Source: Octopus sinensis
Taxonomy: Eukaryota
Length of the DNA: 64,000 bases
Direction: 5' to 3'
Assembly (NCBI RefSeq): GCF_006345805.1
Contig: NC_043005.1
Coordinates: 3,100,001 to 3,164,000 of the forward strand
The notes below the pieces were generated by a model that was given only the letters and a program-made list of their open reading frames with translations, did not search any database and was not told where the DNA came from. Position 1 is the stretch's first letter, and every line of letters starts with the position of its first letter. Shown one piece after another: positions 26,878-41,821 of the stretch. A program made the translations under genes and the position numbers.

Positions 26878-27749
26878 GTATATTTATATTTATATATACA
26901 TAGGCAAGAGAGAGAGAGGGGGAAGGGATGGAGGGCAGGTGGAAAGAAGCGTTTATATGGTGGCGAAGGTCATTTAGTAAGGTCAACTCTGTATTATGTA
27001 ATTAGGCTTTCATCAACGTTCTATGGTTTGTCCTAGTCTTTCTTCTTGTACACACACACACACACACACACACACATTCACACGCGCGCATACTCTTTGT
27101 CTTTCTGTCTGTCTAAACATATTTAGGTATATGTAAATAATTATAATCGTGACAGCGATGATATTGACACTGTTGCAATATCAATTTCTAAAATACGAGA
27201 CAGGAACGAAGATTGTCAGTTTCACTCTTATCATCAGATTTAATTAGGACAACGAGTGTGCGCGTGCGGATATACATGTGGATATGTTTGTATGAAGTAC
27301 GTATATGGATATTTAGGTATATATATACATTTATACACTACCCTACACAATACTTGTATATATGGATGAAGTTTCTCTTTTAGACATGTTGCTTTGAAGA
27401 CATCACCCTGTTATAGATTTGGTTCTTTTTCAATTTTTTTTAAATTTTCGCATGAATATCTTGCAATTTCTTTGGAAATATCAAGTTTCGAAGTCTATCA
27501 TCAACATTTCCAGACTTTCACACTCTCATCTTCTGGATGAAGTGCCATGGGCGCTTGTTTCTACCTCTTGATGGTAGGTAGAGCCAGTGTGATTGATGTA
27601 GACATTACCGCTAGAGTTCGAACTTTTAACCACTAGATTCATATGTCAACTGTTAGGTGATTATCGTTGATCTGTGGTCAATATGCTATTTGTGTTTGAA
27701 GTATTCCTATAGATCTTACAAGAAACCAACAAAGTAGGTAACATCCCCC

Positions 27750-29085
27750 TCTTCAACATAGAAACTCTGTGGTAGCAGCCATAATAATATTAATAGTGTC
27801 CTGTACAATAAAGGTGATTATACGACCAAAAAAACCCCCCAAAAAAACGAGAAGTCATGGGTTCTCCATTAGGACAAACATTTACAGCGTTTTGTTTGGC
27901 CATAAGAGGAAACAAACTGGTACCAAGACACGAACATCTATTCTATAGATGTACCATGTAGGTGGACGTTACGACCATTATAATAGACTCTGGAATAGAC
28001 CAGAAACTGAAAGAAGACCTATAAAACAATTAACTTTCAATAGTCCAAGTGAAGCTTCTAGCAATGCCTCCATTTTGAGGAATAAGTATCCAGAGAGGAA
28101 AGCGTCTGTTTACGTCGAGTCTATTTACAACGAAGATTGATTCTCAATGGAGACAGTGAATAATCACGACACGGATACAGCATGTGAGGAGTAAGATATC
28201 AACTGTTACAAAAACATTGAAATTGTCGTCCAGAAACAAAGTATTAGATATAGAAATCTACAGAATAAAACGAAAATATTCAAATAAACCATTAGACGAA
28301 GGAGCCAAAGCACAATCGAAAAATTAGTCAGAAAACATAATAATACATCAAACACTATTATAAATACACAAACCAGACATAAGCTGTAATTCGTGAATGA
28401 AATGTATACAAACCATAAAATAGATGAAAGTATTATAAAGAAAATCCCATAAAACGGAACTGAAAACCATAAACATCAGACAATAAACTAACACCAATAA
28501 TATACGACAAAAGCATTAACATTAAAAACTTTGTTATCAATAAAAAATAAACATTTTAAAACTCGCAACAAGGTACGGATGGCCAATGGGATTAACAAAT
28601 TTGCAATCTTGAAAGTAGTAAACTTCACGACTTCAACTGTAATTTTGGTCATATAAGTATGACACTCTCCGGGCTCGTTAACCATGAAGTTATAATGGGG
28701 TGTGACTTATATTTCACTAGATCACATAACACAAAACAATATTAAACATGAAAATATCAAAGGAAAATCTACTCAATTTCTAACAAAAAAGTGGGCGATT
28801 GATGGCGGAAGCAATACTTACAACACAACATAATACTGAAAACACGAGATAGTACTCACAACATTATACAATACTGAAGTAAAACCAGAAATAACATACA
28901 GTGATTATGAAAAAATAACAACCCGACTAATTATGTGTAGGTCTAACGGTGAGAAATTGAAATTCTGCCGAGAATGTCTTCACCAAACACATCAGATAAG
29001 CCTACAATAACGAAGCAGTAGCAAACGCCAACATCACTCCACACAGAAGATATGACCGTGACGGTCTAGAAACGTTGATGTTAGA
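27750..29085 (+). mobile_element. Heavily degraded Penelope-like element (RT, GIY-YIG, 3' HHR remnant)
   Basis: Remnants of the MGSPLG RT motif (~27855), a YRRYVDD-like segment (~27945), a GIY-YIG-like C..GHI..T...L..HE segment (~28640) and an HHR-like motif at 29041-29082. Confidence 0.55.
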
Positions 29086-29226
29086 GTCGGATACGTTTCA
29101 CGTTCCAAACAAACTACAAGGAACTCTTCCGTAAATATGGACCGCCTCCTTCTTAAGAAAGGTAATGCTGCAACTCACTCGTATTTTCAGTTGTTCGAAA
29201 GAAATCGGTTTTATATACACATACGT

Positions 29227-29258
<32 letters not shown>

Positions 29259-29832
29259 ACTAAGTAAACCCCTTGAGACGTATAATTGCTTCAATTTAAA
29301 GGTAGTCACTTACTAAACTAAGTATAACTATCGAATCCCTTTTCTTTAGACTGACTGTCAGTGTTCCACCAGAAGTCGATGTAGAGAGGTGGTGCAAAAG
29401 TAGGTATACAGTTATGAAGAAAAGAAAACACGAACAATACTCATTTGTTTTCATCAAAACAATTAAAAGTTACGATAAAAGTATTATTCATAGTTATGAT
29501 AAATGTATTATTATGATTAATGACGCTGAGAATATTTTAAAAAAATGAGGCTAATTTAATGAGTTAATAATTTTAATGAATCAAGAAGTGTAACGTCGAT
29601 GCAATGCTTATTGTATACCTACTTTTGCATCTCCCTGTATATGCACACACGTGCGCACTAGCACACACACACACACATAACAAAACTGTCAGTAACTTTT
29701 GGTGCGTTACAAGACAGTACCCTAAAATTTGAACCTTTCTCGTGTAGTTTTGCCAAACAATTCTGGAGGTTCTAGATGACACATGCATGCATACATACAT
29801 ACATACATACATACATACATACATACATACAT

Positions 29833-29871
<39 letters not shown>

Positions 29872-29982
29872 CCACACACACACACACACATTAGTACCCT
29901 GTAACCGACAAACCGAAAGATTTCCTCGTGTATTATTATGAAAAATTTCTGGAATGTCCTGGATGTCATGTATACATACATA

Positions 29983-31275
29983 CGAGGGACGTTCAATAAG
30001 TAATTCCCCTGACACACTTGCAGTTGTTTGATCTAGCTGAAATTTTGCATGTGCAATTATTTATATCTCCATCGATTAAGCGGCAAAATACAGCTCTGAA
30101 CTAATTGTGGTTTCTGATTTACAGGTGTTTGAACTGAGTCAAGTGTGAAATGGAGCCTGTTGACTGTCGAGCAGTGATCCGGTTTTTGTATTTGAAAGGA
30201 CGCACACCACGGGAGACTTTTGATGAAATGAAAGTAACTTATGGTGATGATGCCCCATCATATGACCTTGTAAAACGCTGGCATTGTGAATTCAAACATG
30301 GTCGGAACTCTGTGGAAACAGCTCCCAGATCTGATCAACCCCCTTCTGCCATTGATGAGGCACCTGTCCGTCAAGTTGAGGCTGCCATTTTGGAAGATCG
30401 ACGCATAGCAATTCGCCAAATAGCCTATCAGGTCAAGATTAGTACTGGGTCTGTGGAAACTATCATTCATGACCATTTGCATATGCAAAAGGTGTCTGCC
30501 AGATGGATTCCCAGGTTGCTCACATCTTTCCAGAAGCAAGAACGCGTCGAGTGCTCAAGGATGAATTTGGAGATGTGCCAAGAAGATGAGTCAAAATTTT
30601 TCAAAAGACTGATTACACAGGATGAAACTTGGGTCCATCACTATGATCCAGAGACCAAAGCCCAGTCAATGCAGTGGAAGCACCGTGACTCACCTCCTCC
30701 AAAGAAGGCAAGGGTGCAGCTCTCCGCTGGCAAGGTCATGCTCACAGTCTTCTGGGACCAGGACGGAGTAGTGATGACAGATTTCCTGGCAAAGGGTACC
30801 ACAATTACAGGAGCCTATTATGCTTTACTTTTGAGGAAATTAAGAGAAGTTATCAAAATCAAGAGGCGGGGCAAGATCAGAAAAGGCATCCTCCTCCTGC
30901 AAGACAACGCTCCAGTCCACAACTCGCGTGTCACCAGATCAGAAGCACAGGCATGCGGCTATGAACTCCTCCCCCATCTCCCCTACTCTCCTGACCTTGC
31001 ACCCTCTGATTTTCACCTCTTCCCAGCCATGAAGTTGTTTTTGAAAGGAAAGCGTTTCCCAGATGATGCAGCCTTGATTTCTGAAGTCACGTCGTGGTTG
31101 GAGGACCAAGCTGGGGTCTTCTACAAAAACGGTCTCCAGAGCTGCATCAAACGATGGTAGAAATGCATAACTCTGGGTGGTTCCTATGTAGAAAAAGACT
31201 AATAACTGTGCTAAATTTCATTGCTCTACTGCTATGGGAAGTGGGTCAGGGGCACTACTTATTGAACGCCCCTCG
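29983..31275 (+). mobile_element. Full-length mariner (DD34D) transposon, 1293 bp
   Basis: 31-bp TIRs CGAGGG(A/G)CGTTCAATAAGTA(A/G)T(T/G)CCCCTGAC (28/31 identical), TA on both sides, transposase ORF inside. Confidence 0.96.
30150..31202 (+). pseudogene. Mariner transposase, open for 336 codons then one premature TAG 14 codons before the natural stop
   Basis: WIPRLL, TQDETW, QDNAP-34 residues-SD (DD34D), YSPDLAP; the frame continues KCITLGGSYVEKD* after the TAG at 31158-31160. Confidence 0.92.
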
Positions 31276-31329
31276 TATATACACAGACACACACAGTATA
31301 TGAATATACTTTATATTTAAGCACATACA

Positions 31330-31410
<81 letters not shown>

Positions 31411-31565
31411 AATACTGATCTATATATATGTGTGTGTGTGTGTATATACATATGCCTCTCTCTCTCTATATATATATGTGTGTATATATAGATAGATATA
31501 TGTGCACGCACATGCACGCACTCTCACAAATCAGTAGTGTGTGTGTGTGTGTGTGTGTGTGTGTA

Positions 31566-32703
31566 TTGGGTTGTCCGGAAAGTTTGTGCTGATTTTTAAA
31601 GGAAAGAAAAAGGTCAATAAATACCATTATATCTTTAATCAACCAAATATGAACCATTTTGTTGCACAATGCGTCTCCATCTTTCCTTTAAGTTGAAAAT
31701 ACCCTCTTCCTAGAATTAAGGTGGTTTCATCAAGATATCTTTTTACGTCATCCAAGGTATTAAAATTTTTACCATTAAGACTATTCTGCAGAGACCTGAA
31801 AAAGTGGAAATCCGAAGGAGTAATATGGTGAATATGGAGGGTGGGGTAACACATCCCATCCAAGCTGCAGCAATTTTTGTCTGGTTCCCAAAAAACGTGC
31901 AGTCTTGCATTATCATGTTGGAAAACAACACCCTTCCTGTTGGCCAATTCTGGACGTTTCTCTTGAATTGCTGGTTTTAACTCGTTGTGTGCAGTATTTC
32001 TAAGAATTAATTGTTTGGTTACTTGGGAGAAGCTGATAGTACAGAATTCCTTTCCAATCCCACCAGACACAAAGTAAGACTTTTTTAGGGTGAAGACCCG
32101 CTTTTGGGGTGGCTAAGGGTGGCTCATGTCGCTTACTCCAGGATTGCTTCTCTGAACATTTCGGTAGATAATCCATTTCTCATCACCTGTCACAATTTGC
32201 TTTAAAAAAGGTGCATTTTCATTCCGTTTATATAGTGAATCACAGATGGAAATGCAATCCAAAAGGTTCTTCTCACTCAACTCATGTGGTACCCAAACAC
32301 CGTAGCCATTTGTGTACCCAAGCTTTACCAGGTGCTCATGAACGACGGATTTTGATAGCTTGAGGCTTTCTGCCAATTCTCGGGTTGTGCAATGTGGGTT
32401 ATTCTCAATTAAAGACTTGATTTGGTCACCATCTGTAGTGGATGGTCTGCGCATATTTCTTTGGTGGCTTGTGAGGCATTTTTCCCTTTACGAAAATGAA
32501 CTTTTTTATCTTCCATTTTAAAGGGTTACAGAATTAACACAGATTATAGGAACACAAACCTTCTTCCACGAAAAGATAGCTTAAACTGTGCTCTAAATGG
32601 AGGTGTAGTAAAATCCTATTTTATGGACTGGACTCAACCATGTTCTAAAATAAATCGAAACGTAAGCTACTATAGATCGCCGCGAACTTTCCGGACAACC
32701 CAA
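31566..32703 (-). mobile_element. Degraded mariner (mellifera-like) with both TIRs
   Basis: TIRs TTGGGTTGTCCGGAAAGTT at both ends with TA flanks; fragments WVPHELS, IVTGDEKW, VFQHDNAR, PSDFHFFRSL with frameshifts. Confidence 0.92.
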
Positions 32704-32715
32704 TATATGTGTGTG

Positions 32716-32765
<50 letters not shown>

Positions 32766-33519
32766 CGTGTGTGTGTGTGTGTTGTGTGTGTGTTCGTGTG
32801 TGTATATATCTGTAAATATAATATGTGACAATTATTCGGTAGCCATGATAAAACTCCGCGTTTCGGATGTCGAGGCGGAAACCCACGACGCCGTGTGTGT
32901 GTACGTGCATAAGAATAATAGTTTTTGGTAGTGTACAGTAAAATATTTATATTATAATACAGAAAGCTCCTTATCAATTATTTTCGTTATCTTATTGAAA
33001 GGAAACAATTATTAGTCTTGAATGTGTAGAAAACTATTATAAATTTCAATTTTAATACATCGTTATCAAAATGTGGTTTTCGGGTTTCTTTTTCTACAGA
33101 TTTCAACTTCAGTATTCAGCGACAAAGATAATTTTCATTGACTGTGACGTAGTTTCTCAATGAGATAAGAATTCTTAATATCTCTGTTTATATTTCGGCA
33201 TAACTACAGAAGCGTGCCAACCCCAAATTTGTTTCCTCATAACTTTCTGAAAAATGGGTATTTTTTTAAATCAAATTTTCTACAAATACGTTTCACATGG
33301 TGTGCATTACAACTATCTTAAAAGTCGGTGATCTAGATTACAATAATGTTGAAAAAATTACTTTTGAGACCAACATGATCCTTGCTTTTCTAGAAGGAAT
33401 ATGGAAGACTTTTCTGAAGTTTGAAATATATTGTTTTCGTTATCGAGAATCCAGTGATGGAGCTTTGTATCTTTGTATCTTTGTTTAGAAGAAGTCAAAT
33501 TATTAAAAACAGAAGAAAG

Positions 33520-33542
33520 CATACACACACACACTCACTCAC

Positions 33543-33582
<40 letters not shown>

Positions 33583-33583
33583 G

Positions 33584-33616
<33 letters not shown>

Positions 33617-33665
33617 TCACTCACACACACACACACACGCACACACACACACTCACTCACTCACA

Positions 33666-33695
<30 letters not shown>
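33520..33695. repeat. (CA)n/(CACT)n microsatellite
   Basis: Direct reading. Confidence 0.95.
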
Positions 33696-33696
<1 letters not shown>

Positions 33697-34160
33697 ATTA
33701 TACTTACCCTACATACGCACAGGCGCACAAATGTATATACTGAAACTTAAAATTGGCGAGGAGCAGGCGGGAGAAGAGAACGGTGCCTGGGGTTGAGCCG
33801 AGCAACTCATTAACAAAGCTGTCGTAAGGGAAGCAAAGTACTACATCCAAAGTCCGCTGGTTCCTATGGCCAAGCTATAAGAAGGTGTCTGTTCTGGTCC
33901 CCAGCTCCTCGATACTAGAGTTACTACACCATCACAAAGTTCCAACCACTATATTCGATGCCACTGAGAGACTGATAATAACATGATCTACAGAGCAATC
34001 AATAAGAACTGAGGCTACTACTACCACGACAGTCACCAATAGAAATAAACTATCAGCGGGAATATCCTCAGCTTATCTGAATTGTTTCGCACCCTAAAGC
34101 CGTCCTGATAATCTCCATCAATCTGCGCAGGAGTTAACTCGCCTATATGACATTCTGAGA

Positions 34161-34392
34161 GGGCGGCGAGCTGGCAGAAACGTTAACACGCCGCGCAAAA
34201 TGCTTCGCGGTATTTCGTCTGCCGTTACATTCTGAGTTCAAATTCCGCTGAGGTCGACTTTGCCTTTCATTCTTTCGGGATCTATTAAATAAGTACCAGT
34301 TACGCACTGGGGTTGATGCAATCGACTTAATCCCTTTGCTTGTCCTTGTTTGTCTCCTCTATGTTTAGCCTCCTGTGGGCAATAAAGAAATA
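34161..34392 (+). mobile_element. SINE family A, long tail
   Basis: A and B boxes, core, tail ending GTGGGCAATAAAGAAAT. Confidence 0.92.
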
Positions 34393-35444
34393 AATATGAT
34401 ATTCTCAGACTGTATTCAAAAGTCTCCACTCTCCGGGGTCAGAAACTACTTCATCTCGAATCTGTATGTAAAACTTGAGTGTTGTTCTATATTGCAGTAC
34501 TGTCTACATATAGCGTCCAGTGCTGTTATTACAAAAGTACTCACTCTACACAATAAATATTCACGCATCACGACCGCTTCCTCACGCATGCGCTGGCACT
34601 TTTCTCTTTCTATGGTCACGTTACTGCAACGGTCCCTTCTGAATAATTAGTTGCATTCCCACTTCACTGAGGCTCACTTAACACAGTTATACCCTTTCCA
34701 CACACGCACACACACACACAGACACACACACACATCTCCCTAACACTACTATATCCTAATTACCAGACCACCAAATCCTTCTTCCCCAGAATTGCAGCTC
34801 TCTGCAATTCCGTCTCCGCCTCCTATTCATTTCCAACATTGATTGACCTACAAATTTCAGACTGACCATCACTCGCATCAATCACACTTCTCTGTAAAGA
34901 CCTACAAAGGTCACGGCATTACTCCTTCTTCTTTGAATAACACATAAAAATTTCTTACTTAATTGGTATTTTCTATATAAAAAAAAGCAATCTCTGCCAC
35001 ATTAAGTCGTTAATTAGCTTAAATATTTATATTGCTTGTAATTATCTCTGTAAACTGGGTGTTTACTTCCATTCTGATACAATTAGGCGGGAAAAGAACA
35101 TAAAAAAGCAAAGAAAAACAATTAAACACGGTTTTTAACTTCTGCGAAAGTTAAGAAATTATAAATCAAATAATATTGTGCTGAACAACTTTTACCATTC
35201 TATGATTGCGTTAATTGGTAACAGTTCCATAAATCAATAACTGTTCAAGAAGGTAAAAATTCTTGAGAAATTTTATGATAATCGTTTGGAAATGTTTTCG
35301 GGCGCAGTTTTCTTCAACTTAGGCTGAAACTTCCCTCCATTCATCATTATTTATACTAGGAAATATAAGAGACGCTCTTAATTCTGTGGAGTTCTTGAAT
35401 CGAATGAAGGATCCTCTGCCGAGATGTCCAATATCGTTTCTCTT

Positions 35445-35690
35445 CTATCTTTCACTTGCTTCAGTCATTAGACTGCGGCCATGCTGGGGCACCGCCTTCA
35501 AGAATTTTTGGTCGAATGAATCGATCCCAGTACTTGCTTTTTTTGTAAAACCTGGTACTTATTTTATCGGTCGTTTTTACCGAACCACTAAGTTACGGGG
35601 ACGTGAACACACCAACACCGTTTGTTAAGCAGTGTTGGGGAACAAACACAGACACAAAAACAGCCACACACACACACACACACACATATA
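35445..35690 (-). mobile_element. SINE family B, 3' half
   Basis: Matches the family B 3' part, ending at a (CA)n tract. Confidence 0.82.
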
Positions 35691-36116
35691 TACATATATA
35701 TAAAACAAGTTAAAAATAATGGTCATTACATATTTTTCCTTTATTGGAGCAAATTTGGCTTACAGCTGTTTCCAGTCGTCTTTATAGGTACATTACTGAT
35801 AGGTTTCCTCAACTGGTCTATTGATCAATTGAGGTAAATTGAACGACCTCAGAAAATTAATTCTATTTTCATCAGAGCCATTTCTGGTTATAACAAGCAG
35901 AACACTAAAGGAATGGCGTTTGCATGGGGGAAGGAGGAGGAGAAAATGGAAAGATGCAAGTAGAATAGAGAACAGAGGAAGACAGGTTACAAAGGGGTGG
36001 AAAAGAGCCACTTGCTAGAAGCAGGGCCATTGTGTTGCTAATATTCGGAAGAGGGGCAGTCATAAAACATTAGTGTTTGTTGTCAGGTCAACACACCTTA
36101 CCTTATTGACATTGTA

Positions 36117-36526
36117 CAGGGTGTTAAAAATGTCTCTCCGAAGTAAGTATTTTATTGTAAAATGAATATTTATAAGATGGTATAAGACTACAAAAGAATT
36201 TATTAGACTTTACAAGACTAAAAAACTTTATAAGGGGTGTTGAAAGTGTCGTCTTTCATTTTCAATACATAAGTTGACTCTTCTACACATGTTTTGAAAT
36301 ACAAGTTGGAGAGTCTGATTCGGTATGGACCGTGTGAATGTTATGATTGCGTCTTTTAGCTCATTAATGGCTTTCGGGAGATTCTTGAACACTGATCCTT
36401 TACTTGCTCCCCAGTAAAAAAAAAAAAAGACTGGTGGTATTAAATCAGGTGATCTTGGGGGCCAAAGTCACTTCGAAATAATCAGTTTACCGAAAAACTC
36501 ACTGCGGAGAGACTTTGAACACCCTG
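36117..36526 (-). mobile_element. Internally deleted Tc1/mariner-superfamily element (410 bp)
   Basis: Imperfect TIRs CAGGGTGTT..AAA.GTCTCTCCG; minus strand retains WPPRSPDL.P..FF.WG..K..VFK..P..INELKDAI...NMCRRVNLCIENERRHFQH. Confidence 0.85.
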
Positions 36527-37664
36527 TGTATATGTTAGAACTTTTCCAACCATTGTATTGAAATTTGATATGGACTTTTTGTACATACGGTCAATCTAAG
36601 TCTGTAATATTTTGTGATTGTTGCTATGAAGCATAGTAGGGGAATTATGTTAAAAAATGAAGGGATATTAGTAGTAGTCCTATTGCAGTGTAGGGGTCAA
36701 AAAAGCTCTTCTTAGCTAGGATATAAATACTGATAGATTGAGAGATGTTAGGTCGAAGTGGGATGAAGTCAAGTTAAAATTGTTGAAAGTCAAATGAAAA
36801 TTCAGATTAACCTGATTAGATGGGTTTTAAAGTTTGGGTTACGGATTAAAATTTGAACTGTTATAAATTTAGCATGAAAGCAAACTAAACTATAAGATAA
36901 TTAAAATAATTTGCGGAATAATGGGTGATACTAAAACATTAATGATGATAGTAACGATATCGACATCAACAACACTAATATTGATATTAGATATCGGATC
37001 TGTTCAGTTTGGTTCACAGATATTTTGATTTATTCTTTTTAACCAAACGGTTTGAGACTTCGTATACTGGTGAAATATGTCACGCAGAACACGGTTTCCT
37101 AAGAAAAATTTTAAACAAAATTTCTTATTTTAGAAGTTATTTCGCGTTAAAGTTGTCGTATTTGGGTAATCTTAGCCAATCAACGACGTATTTTCAGTTG
37201 AAGAAGGCTGCTGCTGTTTGCGATAGTAACCGAATAGGAACAACTTCCGGGTTATCTCTACTAAATGTCACCACTCTGTTCTATTATATATTTTGTTTAC
37301 TGCCTGTGTTGCATATTACACGCCTTCTTGTTTTTTGTTCTCGCGTCGGAGTAACCAATAAACATATAGAGCAACGAGTCCGCAGCTAGCTTTTTGTTGT
37401 TGTTGACGTATATGTAGTTTCAAAATGCCTTATTCTACAGCTATGACATATATTGTTGTTGCTATGATTTTATCTTACTATCTTACTATAAATTTCAAAA
37501 AATCGTAAATGTTTAAAATACATTTATTTACATATATACCAAACTAGTTTCAACAATATTTTTTGTTTATTAATAGTAAAAGTTTAAAATTACAAAAAAA
37601 AACCCATCTTTAAAAGTTTTCGAAATTTAGGTGCATTTTCAACAATACATTTTCCTACATATAT

Positions 37665-37699
<35 letters not shown>

Positions 37700-37759
37700 T
37701 AGGTAATTCACATTTATCCCCTAAGCATCATACCCATCCCGACCCATGCTTCTCACTAT

Positions 37760-38150
37760 ATTATTACATTTAACTAGGGAATCTGTTGAATGATTCATTA
37801 TAGAAATGCTTGCATCGTATCGCTAATTCCTGCCAAAGGTTAATGAAATTACCACTGATGTTAGGATTTGAAATGACTCCTTTATGCAAAGTTCACATCT
37901 ACTTCTGCCTATTTTGTATGGTTTAGCTCTACCGAGGATTGACCATTTTTGCTTATATTCCTGTTTTTCCTAAGTTGCCATATTAGCTTGCTAAGTGGTG
38001 TCCCATTGTCTTTATTTTTATGCCGAAAGGACGAGATGTGGTTGTAATATCGGAGCTTAAATGTCGTGGCAATGCAACCTATGTACTTGTAAATTTTGTC
38101 CCGTGTTATCACAGTACATTCATATACTATGTTCCTTTCTAAACATGATT
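37760..38150 (-). mobile_element. Penelope-like element, GIY-YIG endonuclease 3' fragment
   Basis: YIGCIATTFKLRYYNHISSFRH....TPLSKLIWQL followed by CELCIKE...IL and RCKH remnants. Confidence 0.85.
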
Positions 38151-38271
38151 TATTAAAAGCACGTTCCCTATCCCCTCTACAGTTACAACCGGCTCAGCCT
38201 TCCTATTGTAGCTACCTGTTATTATCACTAGTTACATTATCACCTTTATCATTACCGTTATTATCATTATC

Positions 38272-38393
38272 ATTCTTCTTCTTCTTCTTCTTCTTCTTCT
38301 TCTTCTTCTTCTTCTTCTTCTTCTTCTTCTTCTTCTTCTCTTCTTCTTCTTCTTCTTCTTCTTATTATTATTATTATATTATTATTATTATTA

Positions 38394-38431
<38 letters not shown>

Positions 38432-38478
38432 TATTATTATTATTATTATTATATTATTATTATTATTATTATTATATA
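38272..38478. repeat. (CTT)n followed by (TTA)n
   Basis: Direct reading. Confidence 0.96.
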
Positions 38479-38486
38479 TGTTTGAC

Positions 38487-39285
38487 TTTTGCTTTATATT
38501 TGTACAAGTTGGCTCCAAGTCTCACCCGGAGACCTCAAGAGACAACAGATTGGAAGTTCACGTTGTTGTTATGCCTAGTGTGCCATATATTTGGTTGTTT
38601 TTTGTGTTGTACTGGTGGATGTCTAAAAAAAATAAATAAATAAAATGTTTGTTTTAAACCTTGAGATTACATAGAAAGTATTTTGCGTAGGATATGAGCA
38701 GTTCCCATCAGCACTATCTTTTGAATTTCTGACATTTTGGGGTTTCCTGGTATCTGAGTTAGGTAGTTATCAGCCCCTTTTGCTATCATTCCCAGGGCAC
38801 CTTTGACAACAGGTATTGTTTTAGTCTTCAGCTTCCACATTTTGCTGATTTCTATTTCAAGATCTTTATATTTGCTCAGTTTTTGGTAGGTCTTGACAGA
38901 TACGTTTATATCGATTGGGACAGTCATATCAATGAGGAGGCATATTCTTTGTTTGAAGTCTTTCAATATGATGTCTGGCCTATTTGCATCTATCTTTCTG
39001 TCAGTTTGAATGGTGAAGTTCCAGAGGAGTGAGATATGGTCATTTTGAAGCACTGGGGGTGGTTTGTGTTCCCACCAGTTTTTTTCATGGGGCAAATCCA
39101 GGTTTTTGCAGATTACCCAGTGAATATATTGTGCAGCTCTATCATGCCTGTTGAGATACTCTGTAGGCGCTAGAAGACTGCACTTGGAGACCACATGATC
39201 TATGGTTTCATTTTGTTGTCGGCGTACACGACACGTTGGACTGCTGCTGATCTTTAATATATTGGCCTGGTAGTTTCTTGTTGGT
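38487..39285 (-). mobile_element. R4/Dong-type RLE LINE, 3' fragment 1
   Basis: CCHC remnant plus RHD..A..IHW, NRPDIIL.D.....LIDMTVP, KYKDLEIE, IPVV.GALG; (TAA)n on both sides. Confidence 0.9.
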
Positions 39286-39303
39286 ATTATTATTATTATT
39301 ATA

Positions 39304-39975
<672 letters not shown>

Positions 39976-40013
39976 AGTAGTCTTATTTTTATAGCGTGCT
40001 TTCACTTCACTAC
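39976..40013 (-). mobile_element. Terminal ~38 nt of a third R4/Dong-type 3' UTR
   Basis: CAGTAGTCTTATTTTTATAGCGTGCTTTCACTTCACTAC is nearly identical to the start of 39373-39410. Confidence 0.85.
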
Positions 40014-40019
40014 TTCAAT

Positions 40020-41462
40020 GGATAAGAACAGGGACGAGATCACGAGTAGAGTGGTCGCTCTCAGCCAAACATGGGCCGAGAGAAAGCTGTCTCTAAAAGG
40101 TCGGGCGGAGGTGGCGAACGCGTACATCGCATCAGTCATCGATTACCGCCTAACCGTCGTGCCCTGTCCCGACGCCACCATCACCAAACTGGAATGCATA
40201 CTCTTCCGCTTCCTGTGGAAGGGTGGCGTTCCAATGGTGAGGAGGTCCATTTGCTGTCAATATCCGTTGAATGGAGGACTAGGCATGCCGTGGTTGATGA
40301 TGCGCAGGCATGCGCTGAGACTGAGACATCTCTGGAAATTCATCGACGACGGTGAACAGGTGTGGGCGCCGTTTGTGAAGCGCGCCTTCCCGCAGCTCGT
40401 CTCACTGACCGAACTGCAAACGTGGATCAGGAAGAGACCGAAACTGGGCGATTGGCACCGAGAGTGTTGCCAAGCTCTACAGCAGCTCTGCCGACCGGGG
40501 TCAAACTTGTGCAACTTACAAACGACTGAAGCGTTCTATAGAGGACTAGTGGAGGGGAGGTCCGACGACACACTCGGGGCAAACCTGGGCGTCGACGAGA
40601 AATTCCTAACCCGCCTGTTCAGGACGACGTTCGGCCGGGGCCTATGGATAACTTCCAGAAATCCCTGGCTTGGCAATGCTATCGAGACGCACTACCTGTT
40701 CGAGAGAAGAGCTACAGGCACGGTTCGAAAACCATCACCGGACCGACCTGCCCGAGATGCGGTCAGAGCGACGAAACCGTTCTGCACGCACTCGTGCAGT
40801 GTCCAGATATTTCAGATCTGTGGACCTTCGTCGAACAGCTGTTGTCGCGTGTAGGACGGGCCCGCTTATCGGCCGAGTCTATCGTGAATATTGTTCCACC
40901 ACCTTCCTTTAAACGGGAAGGGAAACGGTTTTCGTTATGCTGATGGCTATGGCGAAAGAATGTGTGTGATGGACGCGTTTGAAAGGACTGCAAACAAACA
41001 CTTACCTTTCTGGTCAGTCTCTCGTCAACTTTTTCAAGTACCACTTGAAAAGGAGGATGAGAATAGAGAGGAAGGCTTTGTCGAACGAATATTTTAATAA
41101 AAAGTGGGTAAAAGTGGCAAAAATGGTCATTATGAAAGACAACACTATTTTAAGCGTAAATCTGTGACCAAAAGAGACAACGAGAGGTAAGGCGACTTAT
41201 CATGTGTTCATTTTCGAACTGTCTGAGGTGACCTTGGTCTTTTTTGTAGGTTTTTCTTTCCAAGGCTACACCTAAACTGTGAACTTTATTTATATATATA
41301 TATATATTATATTTTTATACACCACACAACCCACAGATCCCTATTGATCGAACGTTTCTTTGTCTTTGTGTCCCACCCATCCCACCTCGAAAAGAAAAAA
41401 CTCTACATTGTATTTCGTCCATTTTTATTCTGTGTTTAGCCCTGTGTGGCCACAATAAAAAG
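40020..41462 (+). mobile_element. L1/Tx1-clade LINE, 5'-truncated, frameshifted (copy 2)
   Basis: W..RKLSLKGRAEVAN, FLWKG, GGLGMPWL, CPRCGQSDETVLHALVQCP; 3' end followed by (TATC)n. Confidence 0.9.
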
Positions 41463-41463
41463 T

Positions 41464-41496
41464 TATCTATCTATCTATCCATCCATCCATCCATCC

Positions 41497-41551
<55 letters not shown>

Positions 41552-41579
41552 ATCTATCTATCTATCTATCTATCCATCC

Positions 41580-41654
<75 letters not shown>

Positions 41655-41663
41655 CATCCATCC

Positions 41664-41720
<57 letters not shown>

Positions 41721-41729
41721 CCTACCTAC

Positions 41730-41811
<82 letters not shown>
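41464..41811. repeat. (TATC)n/(TCCA)n microsatellite at the Tx1 3' end
   Basis: Direct reading. Confidence 0.97.
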
Positions 41812-41812
<1 letters not shown>

Positions 41813-41821
41813 AACACAACA

